This document shows positions 45,389 through 60,400 of a stretch of DNA of 64,000 nt, piece by piece. Numbering within the stretch: position 1 is the stretch's first letter; every line of letters starts with the position of its first letter. The DNA comes from Trichoplax sp. H2 (taxonomy: Eukaryota): the NCBI GenBank assembly GCA_003344405.1, contig NOWV01000254.1, positions 1 through 64,000 of the forward strand, written 5' to 3'. The position numbers were made by a program, and so were the translations under genes. The notes under the pieces were generated by a model that searched no databases, was not told the DNA's origin, and worked only from the letters and a program-made list of their open reading frames with translations.

Positions 45389-48300
45389 ATGGCAGTAAAA
45401 TATACATGGTTGTTCTTGGCTATGGTACTTACTTTTCTTACTATAGATTATCCTATGCGTGCAGATTGTAAGAGGACTCCAACGGGAACATCAGTGATAG
45501 ATTTACATGGAACATGGCAATTCAAAAACTCAAACGGCAGCATAAAAGGCCATGGAACGGTACCTGGTTGTATCCATACCGATTTAATAGCTACCAAGAA
45601 AATTGATAATCCATATTATGGCTACAATGATGTCAACTATCGTTGGATTGCCTTCGATAATTGGACTTATGCAAGAGAATTCACTGGTAAGTCATTTGTT
45701 TGATCAGACTACATGATTAGACGGTATGGTAAAAGTCAATATTCTTCTACAGGCTACACTATGGTACTTGCTTTGATTGATTGATGTTGTGCTCGTCATG
45801 TAATTGCATGCAATGGGTAGTCTCCATACAATTTATCCACATCCAATAATATCCAATTGGCTTGTTATAGTAGATGATTCTACCGTACATTACGGCAAAA
45901 GAGTGATGACTTTGTAAACCATATCTCCAAGTAATGCATGGACATACTACGTATTCCTCTACAGGCTACAACATTGCTCCCTTCAGTAATTGATTTTGCT
46001 ATACTCGTAATGTACTGTAATCCATCATTATTCATTCACTAATTTATTATATCCGTATATTTGAATATTATGATTATTACATGCCATGAATAGTCTCCAA
46101 AGGATTTATCCAATCCAAAAATATCGAATTGGTCTGTTATGGGTTAGACACGGTTGCTTCCGTTGCTATCAATAATAAGGTGGTTGGTACAACTACCAAC
46201 ATGTTTTATAGATATGTGTTCGACGTCAAGCATGCTCTTCGCACTGGTAAAAATACAATTGCTATAAAGTTCACTTCTGCTGTAACATACGCTGCTAGTC
46301 AAAGTATGGCTTACAAAGACGATATTCCTCCTGATTGCCCTCCCGCAATTCAACATGGCGAATGCCATCGCAACTTTATTCGAAAAGAACCCTGTTCTTT
46401 CAGTTGGGATTGGGGTCCCGCTTTTATAACACAAGGAATATGGCGCGACATTCAATTGCAAGGCTATAATTCCCCGATTATCAGAGATGTTAAAATTTCT
46501 CCGCTATACAATAAAGGTAAGGGAGAATGGATATTATTTGTTTTCAATGGATACTGAAATGAAAACCTTTTCATTGGGATAGTAATAGCCGTAATAGTGA
46601 CAAGATTTCTTTGAAATCGTTAAATCGAATCTTGATGTTTTCAATTGATACTGAAATGAAAACCTTTTCATTGTCATAGTAATAGCCGTAATAGTGACAA
46701 GATTTCTTGAAATCAATAAAAGCGTCCTGATAATGTTAAATCGAATCTTTACTTGTATCTCCAAATGCAGGGAAAAAGGAATGGACTTTAAATACAACTG
46801 TTGTATTTTATAGCAGTTCTAATTTTAAGGGTACTGGCAAACTGACAATTTCTATCAAACCTAAACTCAAAATTGCTCAACAAACGTGGACAGTATCTTT
46901 ATCTAAATATCCTTATGTCCTCAATGTTGTTACAAAAATCAATGGAAATGTAAATAGATGGTGGCCAATTGGTTATGGAAATCAATCTATGTATACTTTG
47001 AAGGTAAATTTTATTATTAATATCACCATAATAAGCAAAAATTGAAATTGGTTTGAGATATTAATTTCGAGCTGTAATTGTTCATTAATCTATTAAATAG
47101 GCTCAATTTCAAATAGATGGTCATGCACAACCTACTACCTCCATTACTAGGCGTTTTGGTTTTCGGACAACCAAACTACTACAGCCAAAGTTAAAGAAAG
47201 GATATGGTTTCTTCTTTGAAATTAACGATGTGCCTATCTTTTTAAAGGGAGCTAATTGGATACCCGCTGATTCTTTTGAAAGTCGTGTTACTCCTACTGT
47301 TATCAGAAATTTATTACAGTCTGCAATCGATGCAAACATGAATGTAGTTCGTAATTGGGGAGGAGGTATATAATTATCCATCGGTAATGTTAATATTTCG
47401 GTTGTTATTGTATATAAGAATGAAATCTGAGATACATTGGTCTTAGGGATCTACCAACATGAAGCTTTTTATGATATTGCTGACGAGCTTGGATTACTAG
47501 TCTGGGAAGAGCTGAAGTACGCTTGTTCAATGTATCCTGTGGATAGTAAATTCTTAAATTCGATTAAGAATGAAATAACTTATCAGGTAGGTTGATTTCG
47601 ACTTGTTTTGGGGGTCTTTTAATTGATTTTAGCCTTCGACTTGGATAAAATCTGAGATACGAGTAATCATCAAATTCTGATCACCTTTAGGTTAGAAGAT
47701 TACATCATCATCCTTCCATCTTTGTTTGGGGAGGCAACAATGAAAACGAAGTAGCTATAGCTCAAAATTGGTATGGAACCGATAAAAATCCCTCGCTTTA
47801 CAAGAAGAATTACGTAGAATTGTATATAAAAACAATACGTCCTATAGTACTCAGTGAAGATCTATCCAGGCCATTCCTATCTTCGTCTCCTTCAAATGGT
47901 GTACAAAGTGAAAAAGATGATTGGTTAGCTACTAATCCCCAAGATCCATACTATGGTGACGGTAAGACTAGTAATAGCAGTACTTCAAATAACAGTCTTA
48001 TTAAAATTTTGAGATTAAAAAATAGTTTCCTCTCTATGACTATCTGACATACTATATTATGGTTGTTACTACGTAGTGCATTATTACAATTATAGCTCAG
48101 ACATTTGGAAAACGTCTTCATACCCAACGCCTCGCTTTGCATCCGAATATGGATTTCAATCGTATCCTTCATTTGAGGCATTGTCACAGGTTTCCGAGCC
48201 TTCCGATTGGAAATTTAACAGTTCATTTATGGAGCATCGTCAGCACCATCCTCAAGGGACAGCTCAATTGCTTCAACAAATGAATTTGCATTTTACTCTT

Positions 48301-49483
48301 CCGAGTTCTAACACTAGCAAGAAAAGCTTTGAGGATTATATCTTTTTTACTCAGGTATGCAGTATTGATTCTTCTGTACTTAATGGCCATTATGAGATAC
48401 TTATAGTAGACTATTTATTATGTTGGTGGTTTATTGTATTTTCTTTAATAAGCGTATGTTATCTCGCGCACTGTCACTCAATTATTCATTGTAGATAGTT
48501 CAGGCTGTCGGCTACACTGTCGAAACCGAACATTACAGAAGAAGAAGGAGTTTACTCGATTCTAGCAATAAAGGGATGACTATGGGTGCTCTTTACTGGC
48601 AGTTAAATAGTATATGGCCAGCACCATCTTGGTCTTCCTTAGAATATGGTGGGCGTTGGAAAATGTTGCAATATTATGCAGCGAAATTTTTTGCCCCTGT
48701 AACGTTGTCTATTTATGAAGATCAGGATATTATCCACGTTTTTGGAATGAATGATTATCAGGTACGTTATTTCTGTACTTGTCTTGCCATAATTGGAGTA
48801 ATAGTTATTTGATTTAGTATCATTTGATTAAATCTACCTATTGCAACATAAAGTCCTCTTTCCATGGTTTGGGTTTAATGACACTAAGAACTTGGTCGTC
48901 AATGAAGCCATTACATGCTTGGAATTTAACCATTAATCTCAAACCTTTGTCGTCAGTAAGCTTAGATATTAATCTACACATTATTTCTCCAGTAGAATTA
49001 CTAGGAGACTGGTCCTTACTCTTTTAACCTGCAACTTACTTTTGTTATTATAAATATTGCTTTCATCAGAAACCGATATTCCACAAAAATTCCAGGACGT
49101 TACTGAAAAGTGGCGATTGTTCAAATCGTTTAAAATGTGTAATTACGCTGCAATTATACGATAATCATCATAGACCTGTTGGTGCTGCCAGTTCGCTGTA
49201 TTTGTCTGCTTTTAAGCATCCTGAATTACTAAAAAATCCAAAATTAAAAGTAACTGTAAAATCCAAAAGTGCTAGTAGTACTTATAAAATTATGATAAAA
49301 AGTTCAGCTATTGCTCCATTTACTTGGCTTAGTTCGGGCTCTATCAGAGGTCGCTTTTCGGATAATGGATACTTGACTAGTGATGCAACTACTTTCATTG
49401 AATTTTATGCATGGCAGAATATTACTATGAAAATGCTGCAGAAAAATTTAAAAGTGATGTCATTATATGATGTATACAATTAA
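45389..49483 (+). CDS. MANBA: Beta-mannosidase (GH2), secreted/lysosomal, multi-exon
   Basis: Signal peptide MAVKYTWLFLAMVLTFL; VPGCIHTDL, GLDTVA, IRKEPCSFSWDWGP, FLKGANWIPADSF, RNWGGG, acid/base WGGNNENE, nucleophile RFASEYGFQS, GALYWQLNSIW, GRFSDNG. Confidence 0.96.
46539..46750. repeat. Intronic tandem duplication (period 97 bp) in MANBA
   Basis: TGTTTTCAAT.GATACTGAAATGAAAACCTTTTCATTG..ATAGTAATAGCCGTAATAGTGACAAGATTTCTT at 46539 and 46636. Confidence 0.9.
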
Positions 49484-50633
49484 TTGATTTCTTTTCGATT
49501 CTTAAAATTCATGATGTAGAGATAGTTTCTATTTTTTACCAAATTTAATATGAGAATTGGATAGTTGCTGGTATAGCGTAGACTGAAAATTTTTACTATC
49601 GGTTTTGATACCATTTATTTTTGTAAATACTCTTCCTTTGATAATCTATAGTTAGTTAACTGTACATGCCGGGAACCCTATATGTACGTTGTCTCTCCAT
49701 CTTTGTGAACTGACTGAAATTGAGCAAATGTGCACAATACGTCAGTGCACAATACTGTAATTCATCTTTTTAGAATACTCCTTCAAACATCTCTGTATTT
49801 ATCCTGATGAAATGTCTTATAAACATTTACGAATTATTCTACATATTGCTATGCCATCGGCAATATGAATAAACTTGAGTACATTGAATAATATTTGATC
49901 CCATTATTAAAGCTTCTAACCTATTAATAACCTATTGCTATAATTAAGGTTACAGGAATTTAAGCCTAACGCTAACTCTAACCGTAATCCTGAGTTTTTC
50001 AAGGCAAGATATTCAACACTAGCCGTTTAATTTTGTCTGCAAAGATTTTCAACGTAGTAAATCCGATATAAATTGAGAATAGCTAAAAAGTTCAAATTCT
50101 CCACAAAAATTGCAAATCGAAAAGTGAAAGCAACCACTCTATGTGCTGTATTAATGGCCTTCTATCCAATTAGTTTGTTACTACACGCAAAAACAGTCTT
50201 GATCTTTCAGAGATATAATCATAAGATCATAAGACTAAATTACTATAACGATAGTTTTTTCGCTACTAAAATCCACCTTGGTGCATTTTGCCGTCTATGC
50301 AAGCTTATACTGTCGAAGTGATTTGGTACCGTAAGTAATCCAGCACTAAGCATTACTAGGATATGGAGTGCTGAATACTTCGGGGCAAGTTAGGGCACTT
50401 TGTAGTCCATGACTACCGTAGAAATATCGTTTAGCTGCTATCCCTTAAAAGTCTTTGCTGCAGCATTGCAGGATACTCCTGCTGCAAGTCGAGATACATC
50501 GTTACTGCGACTTCACGCCATACTGTACCTTGTACCGTTTGGTGGAATTACCGCACGCTAACTGATATCCCAATCACCATGGTGAGGAGATACTGAGCAC
50601 TGTAGTAGTGCAGTAGTTGACAGAAACTGTAGA

Positions 50634-53600
50634 ATGCTGCTGGTTCGACGGCAGCATAACTTCCTTCGAATCACAAGATCTCTTCTCAGTGTACGCTTGA
50701 TCGCATTTAATCATCCTTCAACCGTCATTCCAGCTAATAAAATGGCCTGGGAATGCCAACGAAGTCCTTACTTACGTCAGTTTGAATCAAAAGTTGTTTC
50801 TTGTACACCAGCAAAGCTAGAAGGCAAAAATGGCTTTGATGTCGTGTTGGAAGACACAATCCTTTTTCCTGCCGGAGGTGGTCAGGTCAGTTAAATGACA
50901 AGGTTGTTCTTTGCTCCATAGCATGTAATTTATACTTCTATAGCCAATTTTATCGACGCTAGTTTAGTCGTCGTGTTCTGTCATCACTTTTGCTTAAGTT
51001 GTTCAACAGTTATCATAACCATTTCAGCATAGCTTTACAATTTGTCTTTCTTATGCCAGAAAAAGGATAAACCATTCAAATTGGATGATACTGTATTTTA
51101 GTCATGATATTCATATACTGAACGCTCTTATGCTGTAGCGGTGATTGTGCGAGCTCGAGGTTGCTCTTAGAGTTGATTTGGATAGGGTTATGCATGCTTG
51201 TATCGAAGTGTAATATACTCTTCTAATCTTTGAAGAGTTCAAAAAAAAATAGATATAATGTATCATGTTCTGCTGCCAACTGTATGCCGATATGTTCTAG
51301 AATTATACTGTACGATAGATTTGTAAGCGATGAGTAGACGATGAGTCTGTACGGTAAATTCTTTCTTATGTTTATATCCTATATTATTCACTTACATGAT
51401 GGTATCTCCATGCACCTTTCAATCTGTTTATGCGCTTAGCCGGATGATCGTGGAACAGTAAGTACTAAAAAATCGATTGAGATACGCTTATTTGTGGTAG
51501 AAGAGTGTCTTACGTAGGGTGTACCAATAACTCTTACCGATTTAAAATACAAAAGTATTTTCGATATCAGGATGGAATAGAACGTTTATGTTGAATGATT
51601 TTTCAATTTCTGAAGTGTAACTGCTATACATGCTACATTAAAATAGAGACAAGCTTAGTGTAAACAACCCTAGGCGTTACTTCTAGGTGTACACTAATAG
51701 GTAATAGAATTAATCTTAAGTCAGTTCAAAGTCGGCGTTACCAATAATTTTCCCAACTCTTTGTACTCTGGATATGTAGTAGAATTAATCTTCAATTGAT
51801 TCAAAATCTGGGTAACTTCTAGTTTTCTTAACTCTTTGTACATCGGATATGCAGTAGAATTAATCTTGAACTGGTTTAAAAGTCTCTTTTTAACTTTCAT
51901 TCCTTTCTATTACTGTAATAGATTAATGAAGTGCCGGTTCATGACGTTCGTAGAGATGGCTCAAAGGCAGTTCACTTTACTGAGAAATCATTAGAAGTTG
52001 ATGCCAATGCTCATATTGTCGTAGATTGGAATAGAAGATTCGATCATATGCAACAGCATACTGGTTAGTATGTAATAGCATTAATACTCCATCAAAATAT
52101 AAATAGTGTAATAATTTTAGTAGTAGTTTAGTCTGCTGCTGATCCTATTCATACACGTATAATCATTATATTGCAGATGAGAGTAGATGGTAAGTTTTAT
52201 AGTATTTATTTGTGATATCTTACTTTCAATTTTATTCATTAACTTCATACAACGTTATAAATCGACCGCGATGATCTTCTGTATAATTCATTAAGTTAAA
52301 TTTGCCATTTAGCATCGATTCAGTCAAAATATTTGACTATTCATAACGGCGGACGATAGATAATTGTTCATGCAAGAATCTTACTAATTGGCCTACTATA
52401 CATATACAAAATAGAAAGGTTGTAATAAATACAATAATGAACCTCCATGACATTTTCGTTCCTCTGCTATTCCTGCTCGAATTGATCATTTTAGGCCAGC
52501 ACTTAATAACTGCAGTTTTTGAAAATCGTTATGGATATAAGACTCTTTCATGGTAAGTTACTCATTGACCTTAGGTGCTTAGCAGTAAAAATCAAACATT
52601 AACTTTAGAAATACCTGTATCACGAATTAAACCGTGAAGGAATCTAGGAAAAGTTAAATCAAGCATAGAATTATCATGTAAATCGATGACTCAGGAGGAA
52701 ATTGATTGCGCAGAACTAGAGATTAATAAAGCTATTAAAGCTAATACTCCAGTTAGTGTGCATCTCTACGAAAAAGACGATCCGGGATTGGAGAAAGTAA
52801 TGATATGAAAATGTTACAAAATAATGTCGAAAAACATCTCTACTTTTTTGGCAAAACTTTATAAAATTATTACGTATTCGTAGATACGCAGTAGAGGTAT
52901 CCCAGATGATTTTGCTGGACCTGTTAGAGTGGTTGAAATTGAAAGTATGTTTGTACCTGTATTTATATTTTGAACGACCAAGATTTAATTAATGTCGGCT
53001 AAAATTATGATATTAACGGTAGATATTGATGCGAATACATGCTGTGGTACACATCTAGCAAATTTAAGTCATCTACAAGTAAGAAGGCTGTTCCCTGTTT
53101 TCTTCTTATTGTTAATACTTCAAAGTGATAAATGTATAATTTCAAATAGTGCAGTAATGGCTGATTTTAACCATTCTAATAATACCTTTAATAACAAAAG
53201 ATGATTAAGTTACTGCATACTGAACCCACACGAGGATGTACAAGGATTCATTTTCTTGCTGGTAATCGTGTAATGAATACTCTATGCAGTATGATTAATA
53301 CGGAGAGAAAGTTAACTCAAATACTGAGGTAATAAAGACCCTGATCTCTATCTAATAGGCTTAAATGACTATATACAATATTTCCAACGCTTGGTCCTAA
53401 CTGCTATATTACATTATTATTACTACTATTAGCTGCGGTCCAGAAGATCATGTGGATCAAGTTCAAAAATTACAAAAGACTGCCAAAAGTTCACAAAAAG
53501 TAGGATATATTAATTTTTATCCAATAACGTTAGTATAATATTAAAGAAATGTATAGATACTGAGATAGTAAGTTAACGATTAAATATTAGGCGGCCCGTA

Positions 53601-54437
53601 ATTATCTCAGAGAAATTGCCACTCTCGAAGCTGAGAAATTTAACAATACTAGCGATTTGGTGCTGTGCGTCCATAGGTATGCCAATAATTGGATATCTTT
53701 GATTTTTTAGTGAATCACGGTTGTAGATGCCAATATTCACTTCAATAATTACGGCATCGTAATAGATATTGATAGTAAAAATTGACTAGCAAGGTCGATC
53801 CACGCAATACGTTTATTCATAACCTTCATGAAATAGTTACTCAATTTAAAAAAAATTACTATACTATAGATGCTAATACGTGCTCTACTTTATTATTTAC
53901 TAGGGAAGATGGAGATATGGACTTTTTGAATGTAATCAATTCCAAAATAAGAAACAAGGTAGGATATCAATCATAGTTCTGCTTGAATTGTCCAAACATC
54001 TCATTCTCAGATCTACCCAATGTTTACAACGCCAGAATGCAATCATTTTCCTGTCCGTTGGATCAAATAGCACGGGAGGACAATTCCTACTGACTGGCCC
54101 GCCAAGTCTAATCGACAAGATTGGACCTAGGTAATCCTTTTATATTTCCCTGTAAAGCCGTTAACGATCATTACGTGGCAATAGTATTATACGATTTAAA
54201 TATTTGAACTATGAAATGTATTGTTCAGTTTTCCTTTTATACGAATCAGGTTCCTAGAGAGCAAATTTATTAGTAACCACTAATTTACATATTTATTGCA
54301 TTTACAGTGTTGCGGAAAGGTTACAGGGTAAAGGGGGAGGTAAAAAAGGTCGTTATCAAGGCAAAGCTAAAGCTTTTAATAAGATAACCGATGTCCAAGA
54401 GTTTGTAAAGAATAGTGCCGTTGCTGATAGTTCATAA
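50634..54437 (+). CDS. AARSD1: Alanyl-tRNA editing protein AlaXp/AARSD1, multi-exon
   Basis: MAWECQRSPY (ATG 50742), LEDTILFPAGGGQ|PDDRGT|IN, DWNRRFDHMQQHTGQHL (HxxxH), DANTCCGTHL (CxxxH), FLAGNRV, GKGGGKKGRYQGKA; TAA 54435-54437. An upstream in-frame ATG lies at 50634. Confidence 0.95.
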
Positions 54438-57400
54438 CTATACTACGGTATTACATTTTGTTGCACTCTACTTGCAATCTACTCTATTCATCTAAATAAG
54501 ACTATGTGGTATTTTTATGGCAGTAGAATTTACTAATTCGATGTCTCAATATTTGATGTCATATTAGTGACTTAAATGGCAAAGCTACTTTTATTGTTAT
54601 ATCATTTGTAAGATTTACATTCGTACGATAGCGTAGTATAATCTTGCTTTTCACATGGATAATAGCTTAAAATATGGTAGTTTTCCACTGTTTGCAAATG
54701 CTACGCTTGCGTAATGAAGCGGTCTATTCTTCGTCAGGTGGGCAGATAAATTAAATCAATAAAATGAGGAGGTAGTTAAAAATAGCGCATCTATCCTTTT
54801 AACGTAATTGTAATTACATATTGCAGAAATGATGAGGGCATTTATATTGTCCCTAGTAAATACATATTATGATGATGCTAATCGTCAACAGGAAATGATG
54901 GAACAATGCAGATTCTAATGACGACTTTTATTTTTAGAATGGAATAAAATAAATAAATATTGTAATGAATTCAATTTGTTATCGACTAAAGCTATTAGTA
55001 ACGTGATTGATTACCATATTATAATAGTAAGGGTAATAGTGATAAGTATTCATGTCTATTCCATTTCATTACTTCAAATAGAACGGTAATTGCTAAATAA
55101 ATTATTTCATCCATTAATTGCTATCGAAAACGTTGTTCATTACGTATACCTGGCAATTTTAAATGAAAATCTATAGACAATCGAATACAATCAATAAAAT
55201 TGCACTTAGGAACTTCTAGAAGGTATTGTTTAAATTCTTAAGATCCTAACGGTATTGGGGTCACAATTGAATTACTTACAAACTCAAGGGTACAACACCT
55301 TATTTCTATACCATTCGTTGGTGTATAGTATTATCTTTGGGGATACATTCAATATGATTAGACAACATCACCCATTATCATCTACTAAACTAGCGAATAT
55401 ACCATTATATATCTTGGATTACAATGTTAGGAAGTTAAAACTGATATAGGTGCCTTTAAGTTCCGGTTGAATGATAGATATACTTGATAAACAACAATAC
55501 CGTACCACACCTTAGATGGTTCACATATAGTATGAACCGAAGTATAAAATTATAGAACATTAAACAAATTTAGGGCCTACGAATATCATCTTCTCTATCG
55601 TTACATTTCATACTCTGGCAAATTTTTTATCAGATTTTGTCATCAGCAATTATTGTAACTGTTCTTAAAAATTTAGAACTATCTTCTAGCAATATATAAT
55701 TACTATTTTAACAATCTTTTAGGTAAATGAAAGTGTTTTAATCATTTTTCTATTTATGGCTGATCTATCATCTAGTACTGAAAGTTAAAGAAAAGAAATT
55801 ATTATTTTAAGTTGAACTTTTAAATTGATTTATATCTAAGACTTGTTCATTAACTATAGTTATCAACTGAAGATGGCGACTTCGATAGAAATCATCCCTA
55901 TACAGTACTGGCTTACTGATTTCTAAAGAATAATTTGTTCTTTATAGTCACTAAAATAATGTACTAAAAATGAATAATATCTATGCTACCTGAATTTATT
56001 ATTACTTTGTTTATCTACTTATACAATCAATAAATTAGTTTAGCCACCCATGCATTAACTCTTTCAATGGTTACTGTAAATCTAGTTAATCTTTTACGAT
56101 TGGTTATTCAAAATTTCGTTAATTGGTCGCCTGTTTTCACCTATATTTTACCGTCCCTAATTACCTAAGCCAAGAGGTTTGGCATGTCTTTACATCAATC
56201 GGAAAGGAATATCTGGCAACTCGTTTTGCGATAGCTACGTGCTAGCTTATTTAACCCTAATCTAGAAGATCTTGCTATCGAATTTCCTACGTTTATTTAC
56301 GAAGCATAATTTGTCGTTTTTATTTTAGTTATAACTGCTCTTATTCAGTTGTCGTTATTAACTCCGAATACAGACACAGTAATCGCTTTAATCGACGTTG
56401 AAAATTTTTATTCGATTTTGAGTATTAATAGAATATTTAGTGTGAATTAATGCTTCTGCAGAATTTCAGTCGATTTCAAATTTCATTATATTAAATAAAG
56501 TTAATATTCCAGATAGGATCTACTGTGTCAAGGATACGGCTAAGTAAATCCAATGAATGAAAGAAAATTTATTAAAATCTGATCGCATAAGAAATGTATG
56601 CGCACAAATTCTAGTCTCTTTTCAGTAATAAATTGGACTATAATCTAAATTCGCTTAGCTATGAAAGGTAATTTTGACATATTGCTTTCGATTATTAAAA
56701 CTGCCCAACCATGATATAATAGATAATAAATAAAATCAAGGTGTGTTTTGGTTTGTTTTATACTTAGTGATAGCAAAAAGTACAGTACATCACTATAATG
56801 GATCATTATTTTATGTATGAAGTATAAATACTAATAGGAGTTTACTAGTTACGCAAAGTGGTTATAACCAATTGAAGGACTAGTACAAGTAATAATCAGC
56901 AATATATAAATTAATATAATAACGAATCTTATAATGTTCTAGAACAGACGAATTACAGCCTAATATGAAATTTGAGTATTTTTCTCATCGTTTGATTGAA
57001 TTAAATTAGTAGAACAGTTAACTGAAAATCATAAATAACCACAACCAATCCCTTATGATTATATAATACTACACGTGTATCTCATGATGGTATTATGTAT
57101 GATTTTAATCGGCGGCGACTTCTTGTTCTTGTATTCCAGTAAATCGTCATTATTCTCTTTCTAACTTATTTAATCTTGAGGATACTATTAGTTTGAAATG
57201 TAATTATTTCTATCATTAATATTAGTAATCAATTTAAGATAATGCTTAAATATTCTCGTAAAATATTAATAATAATACCTGTGAAATTATTAGATCAACT
57301 TGAGAAGTAACTAGTCCAAATATCAATCTTGAAGTTTTATTTTTATTATCATCACCGCATCAACAGATATCAAAATAAAGGTCTTTCAACATTATGATCA

Positions 57401-60400
57401 AGTAAAAAAGTGACTGACCCAAATGTTAAACTGATATTTTCCCTTTTAATTACTCATACTCCTATAATAGTAATCTAATTGAGGATAATCTACTTGAGTG
57501 TTTTGATAGCTATGGATGGCACTATGGTAACGATAAATTTAATATTTAAAGATATGGCTTGCTAATTCCGTCTTCAATGTTATTCCTAATGGAGATCGAA
57601 TTCAAGCTTTTGTTTGGCTGCTAAGTTAGCAATTGTCTTGTAGACTCCAAATAACCTTGGTAGATAGCCTCAGGAATTAATACCATGAGTTGATGCTTAT
57701 AAGAAAAGATTGTGTAAACAAACAAATAACATAACAGTCTGCTATTAGAAATTGATTTAAATGAAGAATGTAGAATTGAACTGGTCTTATCAACTCTGCA
57801 GTACCGGATTAATGTCAACAACTTTCGTTGATGGTAGTTTATACAGTGATAGTATAGCAAAATCAATGAAATCTAGATAGCTGTAAAGTAAAAAATATAA
57901 GTTTATACCGTTCGCGAAGTCTAATAGACGTGAATTCTGCGAGTTTTAAGAATTATCTAGTTAATTAATGATATACTTGGTTTATTCATACAATATCTTG
58001 TATCCCAGTGGAGAAGTCATTACATTAAATTCGAAGGCAGTAATCCATTCTAATGTCGAAATTTTTGTTATATAATAAAATGTTCTCTCTATTTATTTTT
58101 CGATTCAATTGCCAACAACTAAAATTAAATTTAAAATTAGAACGTAATTCAATTTTTAATTTATTCATGTTCTCGTTGTTATCGTATTATTCAAACTGTT
58201 ATAGTCCAATATCTTGTATAAATACCGATACAACTTGCTCATCACGACAAATAGTACTCTTCATTAGCGATTTTCATCATGATTGTCTTGTTTTGCTTTT
58301 TTAAATGCAATTTCCACGACTCATTTTAACTAAACTGTCAAGTAGCAAGTTGTGAAATGATGAACAGAGAATGATAACAGATTAGATTACAATAGATAAA
58401 AGGAAAATTGCGTCTAATTTAGTATTCAATAGATTATTGAAAAATAGAATACGCAATTTAATTAATTGGAATAGATTACTATTTTATTTTAATATATCCT
58501 TGATTTCTATCATTATAGGGAATGGGCATAAATTGGGCTATTCATGCTATGGTGAAATATCTAATTTTTTCATAAGATGAAAATCATCGATATTCTTATA
58601 TACTCATATAGTCCAGACGATCCAAGCTAAAATTTTGATTACCTCTCACTAAAATCTAATTTCAAGTTTGGCTGGTCTTTTCTTCTTTGCTTGTTTTGTA
58701 AATGTAGTCTAGTCAAATAGAATCAGTGTATTTATAATAGATTACCCCATTCCTTCCGTTCTATTTTTCTTTCATTTTTACTGTAAAACCCGATTTCAAT
58801 TAGGATTAAAATCAATATCATTGTCATGCCATTAATATTGTTTGATGCGATTCATCGATAGTGTCAATAAAATGGTGAATAATAGGGGGCAGGGTAGCGA
58901 ATAATATAAAAATTAAAAGTATATACCAAAGGTGACGAGATTTCAATATGAGAAAGATGGTGGTTGCAAGCAAAGTTGATATTCAAATAGATGAGAATTA
59001 AGGTTAAAAGGTAATGAAATCGCTAATTGTATCTACCGCAGAGTATAGATCGTTTTTTAGATAATAAAAAAAGAAATGAATAAAATCAATGGATAAATAA
59101 AATAATCTAATCTAACAGAGAAAACAATCAAAAGAAAGATTGGGTGGAACATTTTATATGCTATGTCTCCTCCCAGTATTATCTTAAATGGAATAAATAA
59201 ATGGAAATCAATGTTTTATAATGACGATATCAATTTTTTTCCAAGGCTTTAATTTGACAGTTATTTACTATCGTAATATACCTACGTCAACGTCTGAATC
59301 GCCCATGTTCTATTGATAGCTCAATATTTTTAATCCCAACTCATATCATCATGCACTTGATAAATTACTTTCAATTCATGGATTGATGTCGGATATGATT
59401 GCCAATTTGCATTGATCATCGGTAAGTTTATTCCATTTCTTCAAGCGCTGTTTTTTCGTGTCATAAAATTAACGAGTGAATTTTAGTAATCTACTCTAAC
59501 GGCTATTGATCTATTTTAAATAATCAATTAGATTATTCCTGTAGCCACTAAACATTCTTTTCCCCATTTCAATTTTTCATAACCAATATATCATAGATGT
59601 TCTTTTCCTAGAACTCATTGCATGCCTGCTGCCGTCTATAATTTTGATTTAAGATTTAGTTTACATCAAACTATCCACTGTGCTTTCTGGTCGTTGTATG
59701 AATCTACGCTCATTCTTACTATTATTTTAAGTAGAAATTTTCTCATTTCTATTGCCAAGTTGTCCTTCAATAAGTAACTTTTATCATGTACTTGTAAGTC
59801 CTAGTATAGCAAGCTCATTAAGGATGATCGATATCATTATCTCACAACGCAACTAGATGGCGATACCATTTAAAATCACCTAACTCGTTTCATCCAATAT
59901 TATTGAATGGTAGCCTATGCAAATAGGGATCTCCTTCCATTTCTGGTCCTATTTATGCTAATCATATGCCTATATGATGAATTAATTACGGAGTAATGAT
60001 CAGTATTATCAAACTACTTTTACCATTTAATGACAACACCCATAAATAGCATGCACCCCATTTTATTAAATTTACTTCATGTTCAAGGATGCAAACGCCA
60101 ACTTTCTTTCCATTTCTAACCCTACTTTTGCTATTCAGACATTCTTACGGTATGATGAAGTAATTGCAGTAATGAATGATCAAATATTATCAATTTACTT
60201 AATGATTTCATGACGATACCATTCCATTTTATGTAGCCCTTTTTGTCTACTGCTGTTCAATACCAATGGTATTTCGATCAGGCCAGAGACTACACCCTTT
60301 CCATATATTACTATCTATGCTATCTGTGTGATTCTGAGATGAATTTATTAAAGAACGACGATTATCCTCCTCGAGTTACTGTAGGACTTAATCGCGATAG

